From an uncultured Nitrospiraceae bacterium (GTDB lineage Bacteria > Nitrospirota > Thermodesulfovibrionia > Thermodesulfovibrionales > Dissulfurispiraceae): 28,921 bases of DNA. Both the position numbers and the translations under genes were made by a program. Within the stretch, counting starts at the first letter, position 1, and every line of letters starts with the position of its first letter. Shown one piece after another: positions 1 through 7,921 of this stretch. The stretch covers positions 1-28,921 of the forward strand of contig CAMTVO010000039.1 in assembly GCA_947085205.1 (NCBI GenBank), written 5' to 3'. The notes beneath the pieces are model-generated. The model saw nothing but the letters and a program-made list of their open reading frames with translations. It was not told where the DNA came from and made no database searches.

Positions 1-61
1 CGACCACCGAGATATACACCTGACTCTACACATCTTTCCCTACACGACGCTCTTCCGATCT
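1..61 (+). other. Illumina P5/TruSeq read-1 adapter with 8-nt i5 index (sequencing artefact)
   Basis: CGACCACCGAGATATACAC (P5 tail, 1 mismatch to ...GATCTACAC) + CTGACTCT (index) + ACACATCTTTCCCTACACGACGCTCTTCCGATCT (TruSeq R1 primer site with a 1-nt insertion), at the contig end. Confidence 0.97.
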
Positions 62-62
62 T

Positions 63-1394
63 GTCGGACTCCGTGAACTCATGGACGCTGTGAAGAGCTA
101 TTCCCCTGAATGGGCATCAAAAGAGACAGATATTGATGCAAAACTGATAGTAGAGACAGCAAGGGAGATGGCGCGCAATAAGCCGTCAGTTGTAATACAC
201 CCCGGAAGGCATGCCGTATGGTATGGGGATGATACACAGAGGGAGCGTGCTATGGCAATACTCACAGCGCTCCTGGGCGCTTATGGAAGAAAGGGCGGTT
301 GCTATATTCCTACAGAAGCGGGACTGCCGGGATATAATTATAAAGTTCCGCCTCCAAAGCCTGAAAAACCAAAATTAGTTGGTTATCCTTATGGGGCAGA
401 TGCCACGACAACAGAGATAAGGAAGGCGACTCTCACTGGAAAACCATACGCTGTTAAGGGATGGTTTATTTATAGTTTGAATGTTCTGAAAAGCCTTCCA
501 GCGCCGCAGGAGACAATTGATGCTATTCGCAAACTTGATCTAATGGTAGCATGCGATGTCCTGCCTTTTGAGGTTGTTGAGTGGGCAGATGTAGTTCTGC
601 CTGAGTGCACATATCTTGAGAGATACGATGACTTGAAAGTAGGAAAAGGAAAGGCAATGGCAGTAGGTTTAAGACAACCGGTTGTTCAACCAATGTTTGA
701 GAGCCGTCCTGCATGGCAGATAGTGAGGGACCTTGGAAGCAAGCTTGGACTTCATGAATATTTCCCATGGAAGAATATAGAAGAGTACCTTCAGCACAGA
801 CTTGACAACAGAAATATTCCTCTAAAGGCGCTTAAAGGAAAAGGCACAATAGTCTTTCAGGATACCGCTGCCCCATATATAACGGCAGAAAAAGAACCTG
901 CTTTTAACACAGATTCAGGCAAGATAGAACTCTATTCCCAATCGTTGAAAGAAAATGGTTTTAACCCAGTGCCAAAATATAAAAAGCACGCTACGCCGCC
1001 GGAGGGTCATTTCCGTTTAATTTATGGAAGAAGTCCTTTGCATAGTTTTGGAAGGACTGCAAATAACCAGAGACTCCATGAGCTTGTAAGCGAAAATGAA
1101 CTCTGGATAAACACAAAGAAGGCGGCTGCACTTGGGCTTAAAAATAGAGAGTATGTTGTCCTTGTGAATCAGGATGGGGCAAAGTCTAATAAGATAAAAC
1201 TCAAAGTGACAGAGAGAATAAGAGAGGATTGTGTCTATATGGTTCACGGTTTTGGCCATAATTCAAAAGAAACAAAAAAGGCATATAAAAGAGGCGCTGA
1301 CGATGCATCTTTGATGACACGGTATGCAGTTGACCCTATAATGGGCGGGACAGGGATGAGAGTGAACTTTGTGAAGATTGTAAAGGAGGTGTAG
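63..1394 (+). CDS. psrA: Polysulfide/thiosulfate reductase catalytic molybdopterin subunit (PsrA/PhsA-type), 5'-truncated
   Basis: DMSO-reductase-family C-terminal half: ADVVLPECTYLERYD motif, SGKIELYS, C-terminal dinucleotide-binding domain (HSFGRTANN...VYMVHGFGH). The frame is open back to the adapter (VGLREL), so ATG 81 is internal. Followed by 4Fe-4S and NrfD subunits. Psr versus Phs cannot be resolved. Confidence 0.85.
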   Translation, partial: VGLRELMDAVKSYSPEWASKETDIDAKLIVETAREMARNKPSVVIHPGRHAVWYGDDTQRERAMAILTALLGAYGRKGGCYIPTEAGLPGYNYKVPPPKPEKPKLVGYPYGADATTTEIRKATLTGKPYAVKGWFIYSLNVLKSLPAPQETIDAIRKLDLMVACDVLPFEVVEWADVVLPECTYLERYDDLKVGKGKAMAVGLRQPVVQPMFESRPAWQIVRDLGSKLGLHEYFPWKNIEEYLQHRLDNRNIPLKALKGKGTIVFQDTAAPYITAEKEPAFNTDSGKIELYSQSLKENGFNPVPKYKKHATPPEGHFRLIYGRSPLHSFGRTANNQRLHELVSENELWINTKKAAALGLKNREYVVLVNQDGAKSNKIKLKVTERIREDCVYMVHGFGHNSKETKKAYKRGADDASLMTRYAVDPIMGGTGMRVNFVKIVKEV

Positions 1395-1395
1395 T

Positions 1396-1932
1396 ATGCC
1401 GCGGTATGCAATGGTTATAGATAGAAAAAGATGCATCGGCTGTATGGCATGTGTAACAGCATGTAAAGCTGAGAACAATATAGCAGAAGAACTATACAGA
1501 ACAAGGGTTATTGAGATAGTTGAAGGCGCTTTTCCTAACTTCCGGATGGAACTGAGACCTGAACTCTGCAATCACTGTGAAAATGCGCCATGTGTGAGCA
1601 GTTGTCCAACAGGCGCATCGCATAAGAGAAAAGACGGTATAGTAATGGTGCATAAAAATAGATGTGTAGGTTGCAAGGCGTGCTTAGCAGCGTGTCCCTA
1701 TGATGCAAGGTTTATAGATACAACAAGCGGCGCAGCCGATAAATGCACCTTCTGCGAACACCGGATTAAAGACGGCAAGGAGCCTGCCTGCGTTACTACA
1801 TGTCTTGGCAAATCAAGAATATTTGGAGATCTTGATGACCCAAAGAGCATTGTTAAAAAAATGCTGGCAGAAAATCGGACGGAGGTGCCGATTAAGAAGG
1901 CAAACACAAGACCGAGGGTGTTTTACTTATAA
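1396..1932 (+). CDS. psrB: 4x[4Fe-4S] electron-transfer subunit (PsrB/PhsB/NrfC-type)
   Basis: CIGCMACVTAC, CNHCENAPCVSSCP, CVGCKACLAACP, KCTFC...CVTTC; AAGGAGGT SD; starts 1 nt after the psrA stop. Confidence 0.88.
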   Translation: MPRYAMVIDRKRCIGCMACVTACKAENNIAEELYRTRVIEIVEGAFPNFRMELRPELCNHCENAPCVSSCPTGASHKRKDGIVMVHKNRCVGCKACLAACPYDARFIDTTSGAADKCTFCEHRIKDGKEPACVTTCLGKSRIFGDLDDPKSIVKKMLAENRTEVPIKKANTRPRVFYL

Positions 1933-1956
1933 AAAAGTAAGGTTGGGGGAGAAGAC

Positions 1957-2898
1957 ATGCAAGAGATTACAATAACAGGTATTAATAGTATCACATATCC
2001 ACGCCTTGAAGTGTGGGACTGGCTTATTGCCATGTATCTCTTTCTTGGAGGCATGGCAGCAGGTCTTATGGTCTTGAGCGCTGTTTCCCAGTTTCGCGCA
2101 AAAGGAGCGGAATTGCCGAAAAGCAGCTACATTGGTCCTATAATGGCGCCTTTCATTCTTGCCATAGCCATGGTGTTTGTCTTTTTTGATTTATCAAAAA
2201 AGCTGAGCGCCTTCTGGTTTTATCTGAGTTTTAATGTCACCTCGCCTATGTCATGGGTTGGATGGACGGTTGGAGTATCAATCGTTATGAGCGCACTATG
2301 GGCATTGGCATCGCTTCCTGATAAAACGGGTGCGAAGCTGAAACTAACGATACTCAACAAACTATCTACAATAAGAAAGCCGTTAGCAGGAATAAATCTT
2401 ACATTAGGTGTAATGGTTGGGATAGGAACAGGGGTGTTGTTAAGCTCTTTTGTTGCAAGACCGCTCTGGAATTCACCCGTGCTTCCCATACTCTTTTTAG
2501 TGTCAGGTATTTCAACAGGCGCAGCGCTTCTTATACTCATAGAGAAAGATACAGAGGAAAGCCTGTTCTTTAAAAAGACAGATATAGCTCTAATAGCCGC
2601 GGAGATTGTATTAATTGCCTTATTCTTCTATGGGCACTTCACATCTACTGCGTCGCATGTTGAGGCAATAATGCCGTTCTTCAAAGGGGGTTACTATTTT
2701 CCGTTCTGGATAGCCACTCTTATTCTTGCTATAGCGCTGCCACTAGCTATCATCCTCGAGGCAGCAGAGGTAGCAGGTAGAGTAAGATTAAGAATACATC
2801 TAAGCGCATGGCTTGTTCTTGCGGCTGGTTTGATATTGCGATTATCTATAGTTTATGCCGGTCAGTTAAGCAGCATAAAACCTTTAGCAGGGTTTTAA
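1957..2898 (+). CDS. psrC: NrfD/PsrC-family membrane anchor (quinol-interacting) subunit
   Basis: W-x-W-x-IAMYLFLGG, DL...SPMSW and RPLWNSPVLP motifs; about 8 hydrophobic segments. Confidence 0.88.
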   Translation: MQEITITGINSITYPRLEVWDWLIAMYLFLGGMAAGLMVLSAVSQFRAKGAELPKSSYIGPIMAPFILAIAMVFVFFDLSKKLSAFWFYLSFNVTSPMSWVGWTVGVSIVMSALWALASLPDKTGAKLKLTILNKLSTIRKPLAGINLTLGVMVGIGTGVLLSSFVARPLWNSPVLPILFLVSGISTGAALLILIEKDTEESLFFKKTDIALIAAEIVLIALFFYGHFTSTASHVEAIMPFFKGGYYFPFWIATLILAIALPLAIILEAAEVAGRVRLRIHLSAWLVLAAGLILRLSIVYAGQLSSIKPLAGF

Positions 2899-2922
2899 TA
2901 TTTTAATAACAGGAGGCAGCAT

Positions 2923-3339
2923 ATGATTATGAAAGGAAGTAGTTTAAAAGGGAGTGGTTTGATAGTTATATTTTTGTTAACGTTGTTTTTATTACAGCCT
3001 GTCCTTGTCGATGCCCAATTCGACAAGGAAGGTTTGGAAAGTTTGATAACGAGAACTAACAAGAGGCGTGATACGGCTGAGAAGGTTGCAGTCTTTAAGG
3101 GGATAATGGCAAACCATTACTATATAAGCGCCTCTGTAGTGGATGAGATACTAAAGGATCTTCCCCCCGGCGAAGCGCTTGCGGCGGTATCTATCTCATC
3201 TCTTTCTAAAAAAGATGCACAAGAGATAGCGAAAATGAAAAAGGCAGGAGAAGATTGGCCGCAGATAGCTGAAAAAAACGGTATAACCTTGAAGGATGTA
3301 ATCAGGGATATACGGAAATTTCAGAGAACCTCAGGCTGA
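2923..3339 (+). CDS. Secreted helical hypothetical protein; candidate C-terminal selenoprotein (extends to 3342 if UGA is read as Sec)
   Basis: AGGAGG SD at 2911-2916; signal peptide ending VDA; GEDWPQIAEKNGI motif; ends RTSG-TGA-TAA followed by a SECIS-like hairpin. Confidence 0.8.
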   Translation: MIMKGSSLKGSGLIVIFLLTLFLLQPVLVDAQFDKEGLESLITRTNKRRDTAEKVAVFKGIMANHYYISASVVDEILKDLPPGEALAAVSISSLSKKDAQEIAKMKKAGEDWPQIAEKNGITLKDVIRDIRKFQRTSG

Positions 3340-3346
3340 TAAATCC

Positions 3347-3370
3347 TCTCCTCTGCTGTATGCAGAGAGA
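3347..3370 (+). promoter_or_regulatory. Putative bacterial SECIS element
   Basis: Stem CTCTGC/GCAGAG, loop UGUAU (G at position 2 followed by U), bulged C3350, lower stem TCT/AGA; the loop begins 17 nt after UGA 3337-3339; no U-tract. Confidence 0.55.
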
Positions 3371-3446
3371 CATTGCTGTGAGTTTGAAGATGTTGTGTTC
3401 TAATATTAAGAATATTCTAAACTTTAAAAAACAACAGGAGGAGAAT

Positions 3447-4769
3447 ATGGGAATATTTGTAAGAACCCTTTTTGTTTTAATGGTTTTATTGCTTCCCCTG
3501 CCACTTTTAGCACAGCAGGCAAAGCCAACACTTGCGCCATTATGCGCAGGATGTCATAAGCCCGAGCCAAACATGCTCATGGGACTTCTGGACAACATCT
3601 CCCTGAAAGGAGACATAATCCAGCTTGATTTGACCACCCATAAGGAGATTGTTAAGTTTACCGCTTCCACGAAGCTCAAGGATGTGAACTCCTTTGAGGA
3701 GATGCGGCAATTCAGGGGCAGGGCATTCACCATCTATTACACAGAGAAGAAGGGCGAAAAGACAGCCACATCCATTGCCAGGTTTGACATCCTTCGTACC
3801 TTAAAGCCAGAGGATAAGCTCACAAAAGATGATTTTAAAAAGCTCATGGCAGAAAGGAAAGACCTTGTGATTGTGGACTCAAGACCTGCGCCCAGGTATG
3901 AAGAAGGACACATTCCATGGGCAATAGTTATCCCCGCAGCAGTGTTGGAAAAGCAGACAGACAAACTGCCAAAGGAAAAGGACAGGCTTCTGGTCTTTTA
4001 TTGTGTGGGTGGCTGCTCAAGCCCTATTGCTGCTGTTAAGGCAAAGAGTCTTGGATATACAAATGTGAAGATTTATATTGGTGGAATGCCTGATTGGGTG
4101 CAGACGGAATACACCCATACAACACCGAAGTGGCTGAAAGATGCTATTGAAAAGGATATCCCCCACATTCTTATAGACACCAGTTCAAAAGACATAGCCC
4201 ACAGGGGACACATAAAGGGTGCCATATCCACCACCCCTGATGAACTGGATAAGATGAAGGAACAATTCCCAAAGGACAGGATGGCGCCAATTGTTCTTTA
4301 TGGAGATAAGGGTGTGGAGATGGCACAGAAGATAATCGGCTGGGGATATAGAGGCGTAAGGATACTGCCCATAACCTATGATGCATGGAAGGCAGCAGGC
4401 AACCCTATTGCCACAGGGCATACAAAGACGACAATTGTGTATGTGCCGAAACCAAAGCCAGGCACCATCCCCCATGCTGAATTCAGGAAGATGGCTGCCG
4501 TACTGCCACCTGACACTGTCATCATAGATGTGCGGAATGCTGACGAATATGCCGCAGGACATGTGAAGGGCGCCATGAATATACCACTGGATGAGCTAAA
4601 CGAGAGATACACAGAGATACCAAAAGGCAAGAGGGTTATCCTTTACTGCGACAGGGGATTGCGAGCAGAAATGGGGTATCACATTCTGGCTGAAAAGGGC
4701 TTTAATGTTAGCTGCCTTGATGCCACCGTAAAGGCAGAAAAAGACGGGACCTTCACCATAGTGGAATAA
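3447..4769 (+). CDS. Secreted multi-rhodanese (sulfurtransferase) protein with N-terminal CxxCH heme-c motif
   Basis: Start moved to ATG 3447 (CAGGAGGAG SD); signal peptide ending LLA-QQ; CAGCH at 3543-3557; three rhodanese repeats (VDSRP..YEEGHIPWA..FYCVGGC; DTS..GHIKGA..LYGD; DVRNADEYAAGHVKGA..LYCDRGLRA). Confidence 0.88.
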   Translation: MGIFVRTLFVLMVLLLPLPLLAQQAKPTLAPLCAGCHKPEPNMLMGLLDNISLKGDIIQLDLTTHKEIVKFTASTKLKDVNSFEEMRQFRGRAFTIYYTEKKGEKTATSIARFDILRTLKPEDKLTKDDFKKLMAERKDLVIVDSRPAPRYEEGHIPWAIVIPAAVLEKQTDKLPKEKDRLLVFYCVGGCSSPIAAVKAKSLGYTNVKIYIGGMPDWVQTEYTHTTPKWLKDAIEKDIPHILIDTSSKDIAHRGHIKGAISTTPDELDKMKEQFPKDRMAPIVLYGDKGVEMAQKIIGWGYRGVRILPITYDAWKAAGNPIATGHTKTTIVYVPKPKPGTIPHAEFRKMAAVLPPDTVIIDVRNADEYAAGHVKGAMNIPLDELNERYTEIPKGKRVILYCDRGLRAEMGYHILAEKGFNVSCLDATVKAEKDGTFTIVE

Positions 4770-4772
4770 GAC

Positions 4773-6110
4773 TTACATAGGCGACCAGCTTGAGCTGGTC
4801 GCCTTAAATCCTTTCAGCGTTATTCTTATCTGTCCCTCTCCATTAATCCTCATCAAATATATCCCTTTTGTGCCGTCCCTGTCAGATGTAAAGGCTATAT
4901 ATCTTCCATCAGGGGAAAAGGAAGGTTCTTCGTTATTTCCTTTATCCGTTAATTGGCTTAACCCTGTGCCGTCGGGTTTCATCATGAGAATCTGGTTCTT
5001 TGCGCCGAGCATCCTCACAAATACAATCCTATCTCCTTTTGGAGACCATACAGGCGATGTATTATAAGAGCCTTCAAAGGTGAGCCTCCTTATGCCGTTG
5101 CCTTCTTTATCAGAAATATATATCTGCGGGCTTCCCGACCTATTGGAGACGAACAAAATATAATTTCCGTCAGGAGAAACAGATGGAGATACATCAATCC
5201 ACGGTGAAGATATGAGTTTCCACCCTTTCATGCTCGAAACATCTCCAACATGGATATTCGACTTGCCATCCTTTGAAGATGAAAATACAAACTCCTTATT
5301 ATTCGGGAAAAAATTCCCTGCCATATTCAGTCCGCTCAGTCTGACAATGTTTTTTTCCCTCATGGTATTCATATCCAGCAGATAGATATCCCAGCTTCGG
5401 TTCCTCTCTGCCGAATAAATAATCTTCGTCCCATCAGAAGACCAGCGCGGAGATAGCAATATGCCCCCGGTTACACCAAGCCCTTGCATGCGGTGGCCGT
5501 CCCAATCCATTAAATAAAGTTCTTTTTTGCCCTCCCTTTCTCCCACAAATGCTATCCGCGTCCTGAATATTCCGTTCTGCCCTGTAAGGATTTTATAGAT
5601 GTCATTTGCTATCGAGTGTGAAAGCGGTCTCGATAATTCCGCAGCGCCTGAATATTCCTTGCTCAATACTTCCTTTGAGGCAGAGACATCATAAACAGAA
5701 ACAGTGACACTTAAATCTCTGCCCTTTACAACCCTGCCTTTTACCACAAGCTCTACGCCGAGTCCTTTCCAGTTATTGGGATTAAAAGGCTGCTCCGGCC
5801 TTTCTATATGTGCGGCCTCGTCAATGCAGTCAAAAAGGCCTGTAAACGTCAGATCGTCCTTTACTATGTCCGATATCTCTTTCCCGTCTGTAAAGACCTG
5901 AACGGCAATAGGAAGCCTTTTAACGCCTGGAGATGTTATGTCGATATAAACCTTTTCAGCATGAGAAGTGAAAAGTGAAAAGTGAAAAGTGAGAAGGAAA
6001 AGAATAAAAGATAAAAAAATAAGAAGATGCGAAGCTAATCGGTTATGATTTTTTTTCTCATTTTTCCACCTTCTTGTCTTTTTATCTTCTGACTTCTGAC
6101 TTGCCTTCAT
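4773..6110 (-). CDS. tolB: Tol-Pal beta-propeller protein TolB
   Basis: TolB N-domain (LPIAV...F) plus PD40 repeats (SPRWSSDG, SPSVSPDG, SPVWSPKG, EPSFSPDG); downstream of tolQRA with an ATGA overlap. Confidence 0.93.
   Translation of the reverse strand: MKASQKSEDKKTRRWKNEKKNHNRLASHLLIFLSFILFLLTFHFSLFTSHAEKVYIDITSPGVKRLPIAVQVFTDGKEISDIVKDDLTFTGLFDCIDEAAHIERPEQPFNPNNWKGLGVELVVKGRVVKGRDLSVTVSVYDVSASKEVLSKEYSGAAELSRPLSHSIANDIYKILTGQNGIFRTRIAFVGEREGKKELYLMDWDGHRMQGLGVTGGILLSPRWSSDGTKIIYSAERNRSWDIYLLDMNTMREKNIVRLSGLNMAGNFFPNNKEFVFSSSKDGKSNIHVGDVSSMKGWKLISSPWIDVSPSVSPDGNYILFVSNRSGSPQIYISDKEGNGIRRLTFEGSYNTSPVWSPKGDRIVFVRMLGAKNQILMMKPDGTGLSQLTDKGNNEEPSFSPDGRYIAFTSDRDGTKGIYLMRINGEGQIRITLKGFKATSSSWSPM
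5962..6103. repeat. Heptamer array (TGARAAG)x5 plus an inverted pair of degenerate 8/7-mer arrays inside the tolB 5' end
   Basis: TGAGAAG TGAAAAG TGAAAAG TGAAAAG TGAGAAG at 5962-5996; AAGATAAA-type units at ~6000-6033 face TCTTTTTA/CTTCTGA units at ~6053-6103. Confidence 0.8.
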
Positions 6111-6790
6111 GGTCTGAACCTCACACCCATCTCCATCTCCTGCGGCGGCGGAGGCAACGGGCTCGCCTTGTTTATCGCCCTTAATGCAGAGCGGTCAAAT
6201 AAAGCATTCCCTGAGCTTTTCTCTATCCTGTCTATTGTCACGCTTCCGTCCCTTGCTATTCTAATCGTAATAACTACCAGCAAGTCTTTATCAATACTTT
6301 CAGGAAATACCCACTGCTGCTTTATCTTGTTTACAACCATCGAATAATAGTCTCCGCTGCCTGTCGAAGTTCCTCCTGTTACTGGTCTACTGCCGCCTTG
6401 CGATATCCCTCCTGTTTTGCCTTGAGAAAGACTTTTCTGCCCGCCGATGTCTACCATTTTTCTGAGCGCTGCCATTTTCTCTATTTTTTTCTTGGCCTCC
6501 AAGGCCTCTATTCGCTCTCTTATAATACTATCATCTTGCTTTTTGGGTACATCTTTTACTTTAGATGATATATTTATGCGTTGAGTTTTAGGTTTTGAGT
6601 TATGGGCTTCTGATTCAGGCGTCTGACTGCTGACTGCTGATGTGTCAGAGCTATCCACAATAGTTACGATGTACGGAACAGGATTTTTGTATAGACTCGA
6701 ATGCCTTGCAATGACCAATGTGGCGGCAATTATCAGCGTATGCAAAAAGATGGAAAATGTAAAGGCGCTGTAAATACCGAAAGTCTTCAT
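6107..6790 (-). CDS. tolA: TolA/TonB-family energy transducer
   Basis: N-terminal TM anchor with SxxxH (SIFLH); C-terminal TonB/TolA domain (IKQQW..P, SSGNALFDRSALRAI); located between tolR and tolB. Confidence 0.82.
   Translation of the reverse strand: MKTFGIYSAFTFSIFLHTLIIAATLVIARHSSLYKNPVPYIVTIVDSSDTSAVSSQTPESEAHNSKPKTQRINISSKVKDVPKKQDDSIIRERIEALEAKKKIEKMAALRKMVDIGGQKSLSQGKTGGISQGGSRPVTGGTSTGSGDYYSMVVNKIKQQWVFPESIDKDLLVVITIRIARDGSVTIDRIEKSSGNALFDRSALRAINKASPLPPPPQEMEMGVRFRP
6579..6641. repeat. In-frame degenerate heptamer arrays in the TolA linker
   Basis: Minus strand CAGTCAG CAGTCAG ... AACTCAA AACCTAA AACTCAA, encoding SAVSSQ...HNSKPKTQ. Confidence 0.65.
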
Positions 6791-6798
6791 GGAAAATC

Positions 6799-7206
6799 TT
6801 ATGGCAGGGTTATCTTCGGCTCGGTTATCATGCCTAATTTCTCTATCCCCGCCTCCTTTATTTCTCCCATCACCTCTACAACCAGCCCGTAAGGGACATC
6901 CTTATCAGCCTTAAGAAAGACATTGGGATTCAGCTTGTTGATTGCAGAAAGCTTCTTTACCATATCATTCATCGAAACAGGATTGTCATTCATATAAATA
7001 ACGCCTCCCTTTTTAATCACAATCGTAATCCTTTCCTCCGGCGGCAGGTCTTTGCCCTTTGCCTTTGGCAGGTCTACATCGATACCCTGCTGGAGTAACG
7101 GAGCGGTAACCATAAAAATAATTAAGAGCACCAGCATTATATCTACAAGGGGAACAACATTTATCTCTGACAGGGCGGTTCTGCGTCTGGAGGTTTTAAA
7201 TGTCAT
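6799..7206 (-). CDS. tolR: TolR (ExbD family)
   Basis: EINVVPLVDIMLVLLIIFMVTAP signature; KADKDVPYG motif. Confidence 0.93.
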   Translation of the reverse strand: MTFKTSRRRTALSEINVVPLVDIMLVLLIIFMVTAPLLQQGIDVDLPKAKGKDLPPEERITIVIKKGGVIYMNDNPVSMNDMVKKLSAINKLNPNVFLKADKDVPYGLVVEVMGEIKEAGIEKLGMITEPKITLP

Positions 7207-7210
7207 GGCA

Positions 7211-7831
7211 TCACTTCAATATATAATCAACGAGTTCTTCTGAGAAGTCTTCCATCTCTATAATCATGCGGTTTGCCCTGCTTAGATAATAGTTGTATGC
7301 GATTACCGCAGGTATTGCAGCAGCAAGCCCCATTGCAGTTGCTATCAATGCCTCGGCTATGCCTGGAGCCACTACAGCGAGGGATGCCGCGCCCGTCGCA
7401 CCGATACCCATAAATGAATTCATTATTCCCCATACGGTTCCGAAGAGTCCGATAAAGGGTGTTGAAGAGCCTGTTGTGGCAAGGAAGTTCAGATACCTTT
7501 CAAGCTTTGCAGCCTCAAGGGCTGTGTAACGTTTCAGCATCCTTTTAAGCTCATCCCGCTCTGTGTAAGTCTTCTCAGAATAAACCTGCCTAAACAGATT
7601 TGATAAGGGGCTCACTGCGAATTTTTTTGATGAAGAAAAGAGGTCTTTGGGACCCTGCATTGCCTCGTATATTCTCAGGAAATTGTATGTCTCCTTATCG
7701 GCATTTTTAAAATGTCGCCGCTTCTGAAATATTATTGTCCATGAAACAACAGAGAAAAAAAGCAGTATAATGAGGACTGCCTTTACAACATATCCTGCCT
7801 GAAGTATTAATTGAATAGCTGAATGCTCCAT
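7211..7831 (-). CDS. tolQ: TolQ (MotA/TolQ/ExbB family)
   Basis: LATTGSSTPFIGLFGTVWGIM and VAPGIAEALIATAMGLAAAIPAV signatures; GGAGG SD. Confidence 0.94.
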   Translation of the reverse strand: MEHSAIQLILQAGYVVKAVLIILLFFSVVSWTIIFQKRRHFKNADKETYNFLRIYEAMQGPKDLFSSSKKFAVSPLSNLFRQVYSEKTYTERDELKRMLKRYTALEAAKLERYLNFLATTGSSTPFIGLFGTVWGIMNSFMGIGATGAASLAVVAPGIAEALIATAMGLAAAIPAVIAYNYYLSRANRMIIEMEDFSEELVDYILK

Positions 7832-7852
7832 ACGCCTCCCAAATTTCTAAAC

Positions 7853-7880
7853 TTTATATAATATCCATATAAAATGTCAA
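7853..7880 (-). promoter_or_regulatory. Putative sigma70 promoter of tolQRAB
   Basis: TTGACA (7880-7875), 16 nt, TATAAA (7858-7853) on the minus strand. Confidence 0.5.
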
Positions 7881-7921
7881 ATCTGATTTGATTTTTTGGG
7901 CTTTTGTAAGTTATTTTTAAA

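Noticed and set aside
3360..3446. Upstream ORF-track starts for rhodanese (3360), hisA (11871), clpB (14337), hsp20 (17054), the orphan (18359) and tkt-C (21129)
   Set aside because: Downstream ATGs have clear SD or promoter context and give canonical N-termini; the extensions run through hairpins, repeats or promoters.
4014..4046. Possible fossil SECIS after the second Cys codon (TGC 4014-4016) of the rhodanese CVGGC loop; UGU occurs in the same 17-nt register as the 3347 hairpin
   Set aside because: The codon is Cys and the stem is weak (TTGCT/GGCAA, 8-nt loop). Not supportable unless homologs have UGA here.
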